This document shows positions 1-10,503 of a DNA stretch of 64,000 bases, one piece after another. The first letter of the stretch is position 1, and every line of letters starts with the position of its first letter. Made by a program: the position numbers and the translations under genes. The notes under the pieces are model-generated. The model was not told the DNA's origin and ran no database searches. It saw only the letters and a program-made list of their open reading frames with translations. Origin of the DNA: an uncultured Gemella sp. (GTDB taxonomy: Bacteria; Bacillota; Bacilli; Staphylococcales; Gemellaceae); NCBI GenBank assembly GCA_963532255.1, contig CAUSKO010000001.1, forward strand, positions 8,502 to 72,501, written 5' to 3'.

Positions 1-268
1 TGGTGAAGGAGATCTTCCTGAGGAGATGGAAGAATTTTTCGAAGAAATTGGTCAGAAGGATTATTCTGGTAAAATATATGGAGTTATAGGTACTGGGGAC
101 ACAATTTATGACGAATATTGTGTTTGTGTTGATCAATTTAATGAACAAATTGCGAAAACAGGTGCAACTAACCCTACAGAAAATCTAAAAATTGAAATTG
201 AAGCTGATACTGACGAAGATTTTGAAAATATTGATAAATTTATTGAAGATTTTGCTTCTGCTCTTTAA
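1..268 (+). CDS. Flavodoxin, 5'-truncated by the window edge
   Basis: GEGDLPEEM...YGVIGTGDTIYDEYC flavodoxin motifs; acidic protein. Confidence 0.8.
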   Translation, partial: GEGDLPEEMEEFFEEIGQKDYSGKIYGVIGTGDTIYDEYCVCVDQFNEQIAKTGATNPTENLKIEIEADTDEDFENIDKFIEDFASAL

Positions 269-279
269 TTTTTAAAATA

Positions 280-316
280 AAAAAGACTATAGGTTTATTC
301 CTACAGTCTTTTTTTC
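280..316. terminator. Bidirectional intrinsic terminator between the convergent flavodoxin and Rrf2 genes
   Basis: AAAAAGACTATAGG...CCTACAGTCTTTTTT hairpin with A/T tails. Confidence 0.75.
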
Positions 317-820
317 TTATCCTTTGAAAAATACATTAACTCGTTTAAATTCTTCTTCCCAATTGTTCCAATCAAGTCTAATTCTTGAATTATCTTCAAG
401 AATATCTTCTACGATCTCTTCTATAGTAATCTGCTCAAGAGCTTCTTTAATAGAGTGATTAATTGTATTTACTTTTCTTAAATACTCACTATAACGTTTG
501 TCAACAGCTAATGCTCCTTCAAAAATTTTAGAAACATAGTCCGTTTTTAAAACAAAAACTTCTACTTCACCATTTAAAGCAACATATACATCGTATAATG
601 TAACACTCTTATTACTACGATATTTATATCCTCCACCTACACCAGTGTTAGCTTTTACAAGATTATGGACAACTAGTTTTCTCATGATTTTTTTCAAATA
701 TGTTGGTGATATATTAAGACGTTTACTTATTTCTTTTGAATTTAAATAAATATGTCTATCTTGTAAATAAAGCATAACCATTATACAAATTGCTTGCTCC
801 GTACTTTTTGTTAAATGCAT
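317..820 (-). CDS. Rrf2-family transcriptional regulator
   Basis: wHTH ...ISPTYLKKIMRKL...GVGGGY...VTLYDVYVAL; no Fe-S Cys triad. Confidence 0.85.
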   Translation of the reverse strand: MHLTKSTEQAICIMVMLYLQDRHIYLNSKEISKRLNISPTYLKKIMRKLVVHNLVKANTGVGGGYKYRSNKSVTLYDVYVALNGEVEVFVLKTDYVSKIFEGALAVDKRYSEYLRKVNTINHSIKEALEQITIEEIVEDILEDNSRIRLDWNNWEEEFKRVNVFFKG

Positions 821-906
821 AAACTTTTAACCTCTTTTCCTTTTAAATAAGATAAATAATTAATCTATTCTTTAATTTTATGATATATTTTTCATATTGT
901 CAAATG

Positions 907-2034
907 TTATCTTATCTTTTCTCCCCAATATTGGTAATAGGTACACTCAATAGAACCGTTAAATAACTTTCTTCTCTTTGTTGCTTTCTTTCCATATAAA
1001 TGTTCAAACATTTTATTAGATGTTAATATATATAGTGACCAATATTTTTGATTCTTTAAAGCTGTTCCTAAATATTTATACATATTTTCTACTTCTTTTT
1101 TCTCACCTAGACGTTCACCATAAGGTGGATTCGCTATTACACATCCTGCTTCTTTTTTTACAACAAAATCGTATACAGACATTTGCTTAAATTTAATTAC
1201 ACCTGCTAAGCCAATCTCTTCAGCATTATTTTCAGCTGTTTGAATCATTTTTGGATCGATATCAGAACCATATAGCTCTAATTCTTTTTCGTAATCTATA
1301 GCTTCTTCTGCTTTATTTCTTTCTTCATCTACCAAAGCTTTTGGCATCCATGGCCATTTCTCAAAATCAAAATTTCTATTTATACCAGGTGCCATATTTT
1401 GAGCAGCCATAGCCGCTTCTATTAATAATGTTCCAGAACCACAGAATAAATCATATAATGGAGTTTCACCTTTCCAGTTAGTTAATTTAACCATTGCCGC
1501 AGCTAATGTTTCTTTTAGTGGTGCTGTCCCTTGCTTAGCTCTATACCCTCTTTTATGTAGTCCATCACCTGATGTGTCTAATAAAATCGTTGCTATATCA
1601 TTTAACATTATTATCTCTAATCTATATCTAGCTCCAGTTTCAGTCAGCCAACCAGTTACTCCATAACTTTTTTTCATTTTTTCAACAATTGCTTTTTTTA
1701 CAATTGATTGACAGTCAGATACACTAAATAATGTAGATTTATGACTTCGTCCATCTACAGGGAACTTCGCATCTACTGGAAGATATTTATCCCATTCTAT
1801 CTCTTTAGTTTTTTCAAATAATTCTTCAAATGTATATGCTGGAAATTGAGCCACTACAATTTTTACTCTATCTGCACATCTTAACCATAGATTTGAACGA
1901 ACAATAGCTCGTTTATCTCCAGAATAAAATACTCTACCATTTTCTACTTTTGTTTCATAACCTAACTCTTGTACCTCTTTAGCTACTATCGCTTCTATAC
2001 CCATTGGTGTTGTTGCTACTAAATTATATTTCAT
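907..2034 (-). CDS. THUMP-domain RNA methyltransferase (YpsC/RlmL-like)
   Basis: NLWLR, LHKRGYR, DLFCGSGT and NPPYG motifs; lies downstream of rnpB as in Bacilli. Confidence 0.9.
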   Translation of the reverse strand: MKYNLVATTPMGIEAIVAKEVQELGYETKVENGRVFYSGDKRAIVRSNLWLRCADRVKIVVAQFPAYTFEELFEKTKEIEWDKYLPVDAKFPVDGRSHKSTLFSVSDCQSIVKKAIVEKMKKSYGVTGWLTETGARYRLEIIMLNDIATILLDTSGDGLHKRGYRAKQGTAPLKETLAAAMVKLTNWKGETPLYDLFCGSGTLLIEAAMAAQNMAPGINRNFDFEKWPWMPKALVDEERNKAEEAIDYEKELELYGSDIDPKMIQTAENNAEEIGLAGVIKFKQMSVYDFVVKKEAGCVIANPPYGERLGEKKEVENMYKYLGTALKNQKYWSLYILTSNKMFEHLYGKKATKRRKLFNGSIECTYYQYWGEKIR

Positions 2035-2080
2035 TTCTTCCTCCTTAAAAAAGAGGCTCTCAAGAGCCCCTAGAACTAGT

Positions 2081-2470
2081 TATTTTCTTATCATAAGCCA
2101 TATTCTGTATCTATCTTACTCAATCGAGTCTAGTTTACTCTCGTAAGAATAGGTGTGATCATCTGTCTAAATACCAAGTATTTCCTACTTCTACATTCAT
2201 TTCTGTGAAGTAAGTGCTTCTACCAAAATTTGAATTGCTCACTCAAGGGGTTTACCGCGTTCCACTTCATATATTTCTATATGAACTACGTCACTGTGGC
2301 ACTTTCAAGATGTATAACCATATAGAAACTACTTAGGTCATACTTTCTGCCGTCACCTTAAAAAGGTGCCTAAACTTATTTTTTCGTTTAGCATTGAACA
2401 CTACTAACATCTCAGTTAGTGTGAGTATGGACTTTCCTCAGCAAAATTGCCGCGATCACTCAAAGAAAAT
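2081..2470 (-). ncRNA. rnpB: RNase P RNA (bacterial type B)
   Basis: Minus strand has GAGGAAAGTCC near the 5' end and ACAGAATATGGCTTA near the 3' end; the ends pair (ATTTTCTT/AAGAAAAT); ends approximate. Confidence 0.93.
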
Positions 2471-2526
2471 ACTTATACTACTTTACACTATAATAATGCT
2501 TTTGTAAAATAATTACGTCAAGTATA

Positions 2527-2724
2527 TTACTTTTCTAAAACTGATATTTTTCCTTCAGCTATTTCTTCAAGTGCTTTTCCAACTTCTTTATGAGATACAT
2601 AGCTATCTAATTTTTTTGTCTCAGGATCAGAAAATAGTTCACGAGCTCTCTTACTTGCTAATGAAACTAACATATATTTTGAATTTACTTTTGATTTTAA
2701 AACATCTAATTTTGGATATAACAT
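2527..2724 (-). CDS. rpoZ: RNA polymerase omega subunit
   Basis: MLYP...SKYMLVSLASKRAREL...KALEEI; follows gmk. Confidence 0.93.
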   Translation of the reverse strand: MLYPKLDVLKSKVNSKYMLVSLASKRARELFSDPETKKLDSYVSHKEVGKALEEIAEGKISVLEK

Positions 2725-2734
2725 TTAATTTCTC

Positions 2735-3415
<681 letters not shown>

Positions 3416-3485
3416 TTAAACCATTAGACACATTAAATTAAAATATTTTATAAACAATATTCTGTTTAATATAATTAATTATTTT

Positions 3486-3812
3486 TTACATTACATATCT
3501 CACTATAGCTAGTGATAGAATACCAGTTATTACTATAACCAGTAAGTTTTTTGTTATAATTGCACTTGCAACTGTAGGTAAAGAAGCTATTAGATTCTCG
3601 TAGTTAATCTTGGGTAGTTCTCCTATATTTTGTATAAATAGACTTCTAAACCATAGTGTAGACATTATTACAATTGGTACAAAACTTAGAAACTCAATAA
3701 CTGCCTTTGGTAAATCAAATTTTTTTAATAAAATAAATGGAATTACTCTTGATAACCAAGTTACAACCGTACATCCTAATATAGTTAGAATAATATAATT
3801 AATGGATAACAT
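3486..3812 (-). CDS. azlD: AzlD-family membrane protein
   Basis: TWLSRVIPF motif; hydrophobic; overlaps azlC. Confidence 0.8.
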   Translation of the reverse strand: MLSINYIILTILGCTVVTWLSRVIPFILLKKFDLPKAVIEFLSFVPIVIMSTLWFRSLFIQNIGELPKINYENLIASLPTVASAIITKNLLVIVITGILSLAIVRYVM

Positions 3813-4506
3813 TTTTTAACACCACCCCTATTGCACATCCCAGTAACGTAACAATAATAATTAGTATGTTACTAGGTAAAATAATCATTCCAAAATACAC
3901 TAAAAATAAAATAATTATAATCACAATTACCTGAACTTTTTTCTTTATAGTAAAGTCTGAAATAACTTGCAAATAAAGTAAACCAATAAACATTGCCACT
4001 AATGCAAAGTCTAAACCTAGTCCAAAAGGATTTTTAACCACACTCCCTAGTAACGCTCCTATAACAGATGAAATTCCCCATGTCAAATAAGAAATAATAT
4101 TTACAGTATTAAACCACTCATATGTTAGTTTTCCATCTGCGTAATTTTGTTTATTCATTCCTAATGCATAGCTTTCATCTGTAAGAAAAGTTCCAATAGA
4201 AATATTTTTAAATAAACTGTATTTTTTGAAAAATGGTGCTACCGACATACTCATTAAAATCATCCTCGAATTAACTAGAAAAGTGGCAACAATTATAGAA
4301 ATTATTGGAGCACCGGTAGAAAGCATACTAATAGTTATAAACTGTGCACTACCAGCATAAATAAACAATGACATTGCTCCTACCAAAAAGGCATTTAAAC
4401 CAGCAGCACTTGCTATAATTCCAAATACCAATCCTATACCAATATATCCAAATACTGTAGGTAATGTATCTTTAATAGCTGTTTTTCTATCTAACTTATC
4501 ATTCAC
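3799..4506 (-). CDS. azlC: AzlC-family branched-chain amino acid exporter (probable GTG start)
   Basis: YAGSAQF, VNSR, LTDESYA motifs. Confidence 0.85.
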   Translation of the reverse strand: MNDKLDRKTAIKDTLPTVFGYIGIGLVFGIIASAAGLNAFLVGAMSLFIYAGSAQFITISMLSTGAPIISIIVATFLVNSRMILMSMSVAPFFKKYSLFKNISIGTFLTDESYALGMNKQNYADGKLTYEWFNTVNIISYLTWGISSVIGALLGSVVKNPFGLGLDFALVAMFIGLLYLQVISDFTIKKKVQVIVIIIILFLVYFGMIILPSNILIIIVTLLGCAIGVVLKNVIH

Positions 4507-4537
4507 TAAATACACACCTTTCAATTATAAAAATAGT

Positions 4538-6208
4538 TTAATTACTCTTTGATAGCAATTCATTAATAAAAATTCTATCAATTTTTTGTTTTACTGTTTT
4601 TTGATCAATATATGTAACCATCCCAGGTTTAGCACCTGAGATTTTCTTAACATTCTTTATCAAAGTTGAATCTACTGATACATAATCTTCATTTTTAAAT
4701 TTAGAAAAATATCCTGCTAACATTGATGCTATATTTTTTGTTTCTTCATCTGGATTATTATTAAAAATCACTACATGACTTCCTGGAATATCCTTTGCAT
4801 GAAACCATAGAAAATCACGTCTAGCCAACTTATTCGTTATTGTATCATTTTGAATATTATTTTTACCTACATAAATATCTATTCCATTATGTCTTATAAC
4901 CAAATAGTTATTCTTTTTCTTATTATTCTTTACTTTTGTTTTCACTTTTAAAATACCTGAATTAATCAGCTCTTCTTTTATTTCTATTAAATCTGATTTT
5001 TCAGCATTTTCTATTTGATATTTCAAAGTTTCAAAATAAGAAATATCATTCTTCGTTACTTCAATTTGTTCATAAAGATTCTCAATAGTACGCTTATTCT
5101 TTTTATATAAATCAAAATACTTTTCTGAATTTTTTTCAATACTAATCGTTGGATTTAATTTTATTTCAATATTTTCCAAACTCTCGCTATAAAAATTTTG
5201 TAAAGTTACTACTTCTGGTATATTATTTTTAAATAAGTATATATTGGAAATAAGTAATTGACCTTTCAATTTATAATCATCTTTACTTTCTGCTTCTGCT
5301 AATTCTTTTTTTAGTATTTTAATTTTTTTATTTAATCTATTCAATTTATTTTTTATAAAATCAAATAATTCTTTGTCTGTATTTTTATTAATCGATTCTT
5401 TATGAATATCCATATAATAAAAATCTAATAAATCTGAAAGACTACTGAATTTTATATTATCCTTATTTTTACTAATATCAAAAAAATAAAAGTCATGTTT
5501 ATTACCATTTTTTAAAAGAGTTGGTTCATTGTATAAAGACAAATTAATACAAAATTCTCTAAATGAGTCAAGACAATTCTCGTTCTCCATATTTAAAAAA
5601 TAATTATTTAATACAGACGATACCCCATAAAAATTCTTTAAAAGAAACTTTTTATCATTCTTATCAAATTCTAAATTAGAGTAGTCATCAAAATTAAATG
5701 GATTATATTTTTTTACCGTTGGAGGGAGAACATATTCCATATTAGAAATTGTTGAACGACTATACTCTATACTATAGCTATTTTTTAATGATTCAATAAT
5801 AACATTATCACTATTAGTTAAAATTATGTTAGAATGTTTTCCCATTAATTCAGTAATTAAAAAGTAATACTTTTCATATCCTAATTCATCAAAGTTTTTA
5901 ATTTTAAATTTAATAATTCTATCATTATTTATCTGTTTAATTTCTTCAATTATTCCGCCTAACAAGTATTTTCTTAGTACTGAACAGAAATTTGAAGGTG
6001 TCTGGGGATTCTCATAACTATTCTTTGTTAATTGTATTCTTGAAGCACTAGAATTTGCAGATACATACAATTTTAGATTTTTTCCTTTCCTAATAGAAAA
6101 AATAAACTCATCCGTTGCTATATTATTAATTTTATTTATTCGAGAATACTTTATTGATTCTTCTAATTCTTCTACTAGTTTTCTTATAAAAAAACCATCA
6201 AACGCCAA
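4538..6208 (-). CDS. rqcH: RqcH/FbpA (NFACT) ribosome quality-control protein
   Basis: MAFDG, ELMGKHSNIIL, GKNNIQND, WFHAKDIPGSHV. Confidence 0.9.
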   Translation of the reverse strand: MAFDGFFIRKLVEELEESIKYSRINKINNIATDEFIFSIRKGKNLKLYVSANSSASRIQLTKNSYENPQTPSNFCSVLRKYLLGGIIEEIKQINNDRIIKFKIKNFDELGYEKYYFLITELMGKHSNIILTNSDNVIIESLKNSYSIEYSRSTISNMEYVLPPTVKKYNPFNFDDYSNLEFDKNDKKFLLKNFYGVSSVLNNYFLNMENENCLDSFREFCINLSLYNEPTLLKNGNKHDFYFFDISKNKDNIKFSSLSDLLDFYYMDIHKESINKNTDKELFDFIKNKLNRLNKKIKILKKELAEAESKDDYKLKGQLLISNIYLFKNNIPEVVTLQNFYSESLENIEIKLNPTISIEKNSEKYFDLYKKNKRTIENLYEQIEVTKNDISYFETLKYQIENAEKSDLIEIKEELINSGILKVKTKVKNNKKKNNYLVIRHNGIDIYVGKNNIQNDTITNKLARRDFLWFHAKDIPGSHVVIFNNNPDEETKNIASMLAGYFSKFKNEDYVSVDSTLIKNVKKISGAKPGMVTYIDQKTVKQKIDRIFINELLSKSN

Positions 6209-6324
6209 CTTTTACACCTCCATTTTATTAAAAATTCTTTTATAGTAAAAAATTATAACACATATATTATACATTGTACATAATAAAAAGAAACTAGAAT
6301 TTTAATATTCTAGTTTCTTTTTAT

Positions 6325-7086
6325 TTATTTTTCTTCAAATCTTTTTGACACTAATACACCCCATACTAATAAACCAAGTAAGACCGTCCAAAATATTACA
6401 GTCCACAAAGTAGAATGAGGAAACTCAGCAGGAATTAGAGCTAATTTCTCATGTGCAGCAGCTATAACAAAAAGTTTAATACCTACCCACCCAACTATTA
6501 AAAAGGCCGCTACTTCTAAGCCTGGTTTCTCAGCTAAAACTTTTATAAAAATATTTGCTGCATATCTCATAATAATTACTCCTGCAAACCCTCCTATAAC
6601 CATTACAGAAAACTGTCCAAGATTTATTCCACCTATTGAAGTTTCTGAAATATGAGGTAAAGTAATAGCTATTGCTACTGCTGCTAAAATAGAATCAATA
6701 GCAAATGCTATATCTGTTAACTCTACTTTTATTACTGTAGCCCAAAACCCACTTTGTTTTTTAGGAGCTTGAATTTCTTCTTTTTCATTACTTTTCCTTT
6801 TGTCAAAGAACTCTTTAATATGGCTTCCCGCCATGAAAAGCAGATATAAACCACCTAATACTTGGATTTGCCAATATTGGGCTAAAATTGTAATCAAGAA
6901 AATAGCAATAATTCTAAATATTAAAGCACCTGCAAGTCCATACAGCAATGCTTGTTTTTGCTCTTTAAGAGGTAAATGTCTAACCATAACTGCTAAAACA
7001 ATAGCATTATCTGCTGAAAGTAGCCCCTCTAATACTACTAAACTTAGTAAAACAATAAGATATTGTATTATTATTTGTGAATCCAT
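6325..7086 (-). CDS. TerC-family membrane protein
   Basis: LEGLLSADNA, DIAFAIDSI motifs. Confidence 0.9.
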   Translation of the reverse strand: MDSQIIIQYLIVLLSLVVLEGLLSADNAIVLAVMVRHLPLKEQKQALLYGLAGALIFRIIAIFLITILAQYWQIQVLGGLYLLFMAGSHIKEFFDKRKSNEKEEIQAPKKQSGFWATVIKVELTDIAFAIDSILAAVAIAITLPHISETSIGGINLGQFSVMVIGGFAGVIIMRYAANIFIKVLAEKPGLEVAAFLIVGWVGIKLFVIAAAHEKLALIPAEFPHSTLWTVIFWTVLLGLLVWGVLVSKRFEEK

Positions 7087-7108
7087 TCTTCTTCTTTTTC
7101 TCCTTCAA

Positions 7109-7867
7109 TTACGAAATAACTTTTTTTATTAATCTAACTACAATTATCACAACTATAAGACCTACAATATTTAATACTAACGGTAAATAAGTTGTTATAC
7201 CTAAATTAATATACTGATTTAAATTATTAAGAACAGTTCCAAATATATTTAAAACACTATTATTCATTTTCTCAGATAGGAAAGAAATACGAGACTCTAT
7301 TAGTTTACCAATAACATCTCCTCCTACAAAGAAAAGTAAAGATAAGGCTATTGCTATATTTGTATTGTTAAATAATGATACCATTAAGAAAAATACTAAA
7401 TTAGCAAATAATAATATTAATACTATCATTATTATATATGCTAACACAACGAAATTATTCATAAAAGCATCTTTCACATCAAAAAATAAACCTTTATCTT
7501 TTGAAAATATTAAAGCTCCTACTCCACTTACTATTACTAAATAGTAGATTAAAAAGTAAATTAAACTTGCTATAACCGAAGAGATATCTCGACTATTTTT
7601 TTTCTTCTTCATTATTAAAAGTGTACTTACTTTCGTTATATAGTCTTCTCTATATGAATAAATAAAGTTAATACCCATAATAAAAATAACTAAGATTAAA
7701 ATTATTTTCAAAATGAAATTAAAAACTGTATCAACTTCAGAAATATCATAATAAGCAGAAACTGAATTTAGTTTATAAATAAAACCAGCACTAATAAGTA
7801 AAATTATTAATCCAAAAAGATAGTTGAATTTTCTTCTAAATATTTTTCCAAATTCTATTAAAAACAT
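7109..7867 (-). CDS. ABC-2-type permease-like membrane protein
   Basis: EFGKIFRRK N-terminus, about 6 TM segments, coupled to the upstream ABC-like gene. Confidence 0.65.
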   Translation of the reverse strand: MFLIEFGKIFRRKFNYLFGLIILLISAGFIYKLNSVSAYYDISEVDTVFNFILKIILILVIFIMGINFIYSYREDYITKVSTLLIMKKKKNSRDISSVIASLIYFLIYYLVIVSGVGALIFSKDKGLFFDVKDAFMNNFVVLAYIIMIVLILLFANLVFFLMVSLFNNTNIAIALSLLFFVGGDVIGKLIESRISFLSEKMNNSVLNIFGTVLNNLNQYINLGITTYLPLVLNIVGLIVVIIVVRLIKKVIS

Positions 7868-8715
7868 TATAGTTCTTCTCCTTTCCCTTGGTAAAGTTTT
7901 ATTTTCTCTCCTAGATTTCTTATTTGATATACTTCTATATTATTTTTTAGTAATTCAAAAAGAACTTCTTCTAAAACTTCTTCTCTAACTACAACTTCAC
8001 CTTCATCATCAATTGTGTACTGATAATCTTTAAGGATATTCTCTAGATTAAAATGATTAGATATACTTATTGCAACAAGTGATCTAATAATTAATACATC
8101 ATCAATTGAACCATAGTATGATTTAACATTATCAGCTAGTACTAATATACTGTCTGCAATATCGTTAAATTGATTAAGCATAGTATCCAAAATAACAATA
8201 TTTTCATTATTTGATTTTGTTAACACTAACTCTCTTATTTGATGCTTATCTTTAGATGTTAGTGCTTCATCAGAATTGTCAATAACAACTAAATTTTGAT
8301 TTATCAAAATTGAAAATAACGTATGCAATTTAATCTTTTCATTCTTTGATAATTTCTTATACTTAACAGTTGGTTTTAAATCTATAAATTTCAGATCTTT
8401 TTCTATTTCTTCTTTTGAAAGTTTAACATTAAATAACGATAATAATTTTGTGAAATTTTTTATTAACGATAGATGATTATAAAATCCAAAATCATCTATA
8501 AATATTAGTTTTTCTTTAGAACTTTTTTTACCATTAAATAGGATTTCACCTTTAAAACTTACTTTCTCACGAAACGAACTTTTTATTAATTCTAAACTTT
8601 CTACTTCATTACTAATTATAGATAAGATTTCTCCACTTTCCAGTTTGAAATCTAATTCTAATACTGCATTATTCTTTTTTATTTTTTTCTTATAATCTTT
8701 AAATTCTAGTACCAT
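7867..8715 (-). CDS. Degenerate ABC ATPase-like protein
   Basis: ABC fold layout (LESGEILSI, GEILFNG, LSKNEK, LVVID) without intact Walker A, signature or H-loop. Confidence 0.65.
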   Translation of the reverse strand: MVLEFKDYKKKIKKNNAVLELDFKLESGEILSIISNEVESLELIKSSFREKVSFKGEILFNGKKSSKEKLIFIDDFGFYNHLSLIKNFTKLLSLFNVKLSKEEIEKDLKFIDLKPTVKYKKLSKNEKIKLHTLFSILINQNLVVIDNSDEALTSKDKHQIRELVLTKSNNENIVILDTMLNQFNDIADSILVLADNVKSYYGSIDDVLIIRSLVAISISNHFNLENILKDYQYTIDDEGEVVVREEVLEEVLFELLKNNIEVYQIRNLGEKIKLYQGKGEEL

Positions 8716-8891
8716 TGCTACTCCTATATCTATTTAAACATTTTATAATGATTATAACTTTATAATATAAATTCTACGTCTTATATATAATACCATTGCT
8801 TCATGCTAATGTCAAAATACATTCATCATATTTATAAAATAAAAAAAAGAAAGTACAAGATTATGTACTCTCTTTTAATTATAACTCTTAA

Positions 8892-10220
8892 TTATTTTTT
8901 ATCTTTTTGAACTAAAGATAATAATAAACCAATAACTATTCCTACTACTGCAAAGTTAAGCCAAGCAAAATCTCCTTGAATAGGTAATAATTTTACTAAA
9001 GCATTGTCGATAGCTGCCACTGATACTCCTAATGTTGAAGTAATTGTAGCATATAAACTATACACTGCTGTAAATGTAACTGTAGTTACATAAACAACTT
9101 TTTTTCCACCAAATAAGTTATGTAAGAAACCTAATAGTATTAATACCATAGTCAGTGGGTATAAAAGAACTAACACCGGCACTGCTCCTTTAATTATAGC
9201 AGCTAATCCATAGTTACCAACAACAAATGAGAATACTGTTAATGCTACAGCATATGTTTTATAACTTATTTTACTATATAATCTTTCAAAGAAAGTAGCA
9301 CATGCAGTTACTAACCCAACACTTGTTGTTAAACAAGCTAAGAACACAATTACAAATAGTAAGATTTTACCTACACTACCAAAATAATATGTAGTTGCAC
9401 CTGTTAATACTCCAGCGCCTGTTTTTTGTAATCCTAAAACAGCAACTGATGTCATTCCAATATTAGAAATAAATACATATACTAATGCTAATAATACAGC
9501 AGCAATTAATGCAGCTTTTGTAGTATTTTTAAAAATCTCACCTTTAGTTTTTGCACCATATAATTTAACAGCATTTATTACAATGATACCAAATACTAGC
9601 GATGCTAATGCATCCATAGTATTATATCCTTCCATTAGACCACTATTAAATGCTAATGCACTTGTAGCGTATGTTTCAGTTGGTACTTGCGCACTTCCCA
9701 TTGGGTTTACTAAAGAAGCAATAATTAATACTACCATTGAAAATAGTAATACTGGTGTTATTACTGTCCCAATTCTATCTACTAATTTATTTGGACTTAT
9801 TGATAACCACAATGTTAATCCCATAAAAATTGCTAAAAATACAGCTTGCGCAATAGTTTGACTACTTTCAGGGAAATAACTAGATAAACCTAATTCATAT
9901 GTAGTAGTACCCGTTCTAGGAATCGCAAAGAAAGGTCCAATTGTTAAATAAAGTAACGTTGTAAATGTTACACCAAAAACTTTTCCTGCTCTACTAGATA
10001 ATTCTAATAAGTCTACAGCTCCTGAATAACCCATAACCAACACACCTAATAGCGGAAGTCCAACTCCCATAATAATAAAGCCAGTCATTGCTACTGATAA
10101 ATTACTACCAGCATTTTGACCTAAGAATGCAGGGAAAATTAAATTACCAGCACCAAAGAATAAAGCAAATAGCATAAGTCCAATTGAAATATAAGAATTT
10201 TTCTTTAAGAATTTTAACAT
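8892..10220 (-). CDS. brnQ: Branched-chain amino acid permease
   Basis: LFALFFGAGNLIFP, IGPFFAIPRT, GYNTMDALA. Confidence 0.93.
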   Translation of the reverse strand: MLKFLKKNSYISIGLMLFALFFGAGNLIFPAFLGQNAGSNLSVAMTGFIIMGVGLPLLGVLVMGYSGAVDLLELSSRAGKVFGVTFTTLLYLTIGPFFAIPRTGTTTYELGLSSYFPESSQTIAQAVFLAIFMGLTLWLSISPNKLVDRIGTVITPVLLFSMVVLIIASLVNPMGSAQVPTETYATSALAFNSGLMEGYNTMDALASLVFGIIVINAVKLYGAKTKGEIFKNTTKAALIAAVLLALVYVFISNIGMTSVAVLGLQKTGAGVLTGATTYYFGSVGKILLFVIVFLACLTTSVGLVTACATFFERLYSKISYKTYAVALTVFSFVVGNYGLAAIIKGAVPVLVLLYPLTMVLILLGFLHNLFGGKKVVYVTTVTFTAVYSLYATITSTLGVSVAAIDNALVKLLPIQGDFAWLNFAVVGIVIGLLLSLVQKDKK

Positions 10221-10337
10221 TACATCTCCTCCTAATTTAATATAATTCTTTTAATATTTATCTACAATAATATATTTAGAAGGATTTGTCAATAGAATTT
10301 CGAAAAAAAATACGAATTTTTTCAAGAAATTTCGTAT

Positions 10338-10352
10338 AATTTTCTGATAATT
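10338..10352. promoter_or_regulatory. CodY box upstream of brnQ
   Basis: AATTTTCTGATAATT, 1 mismatch to AATTTTCWGAAAATT; brnQ is a known CodY target in Firmicutes. Confidence 0.7.
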
Positions 10353-10503
10353 CAATCTCATTTATTTTAAATGGAAACCTTTTATCTGTTATATCACCAA
10401 TATTCTCTCTAATTTTAAAAACGCTTTCTTTATGGACTAATTCTCATTCAAAATAAAAATAAAAAAGCCAGAAAAAACTAATATTTTCTGACTCATTTTA
10501 TTT

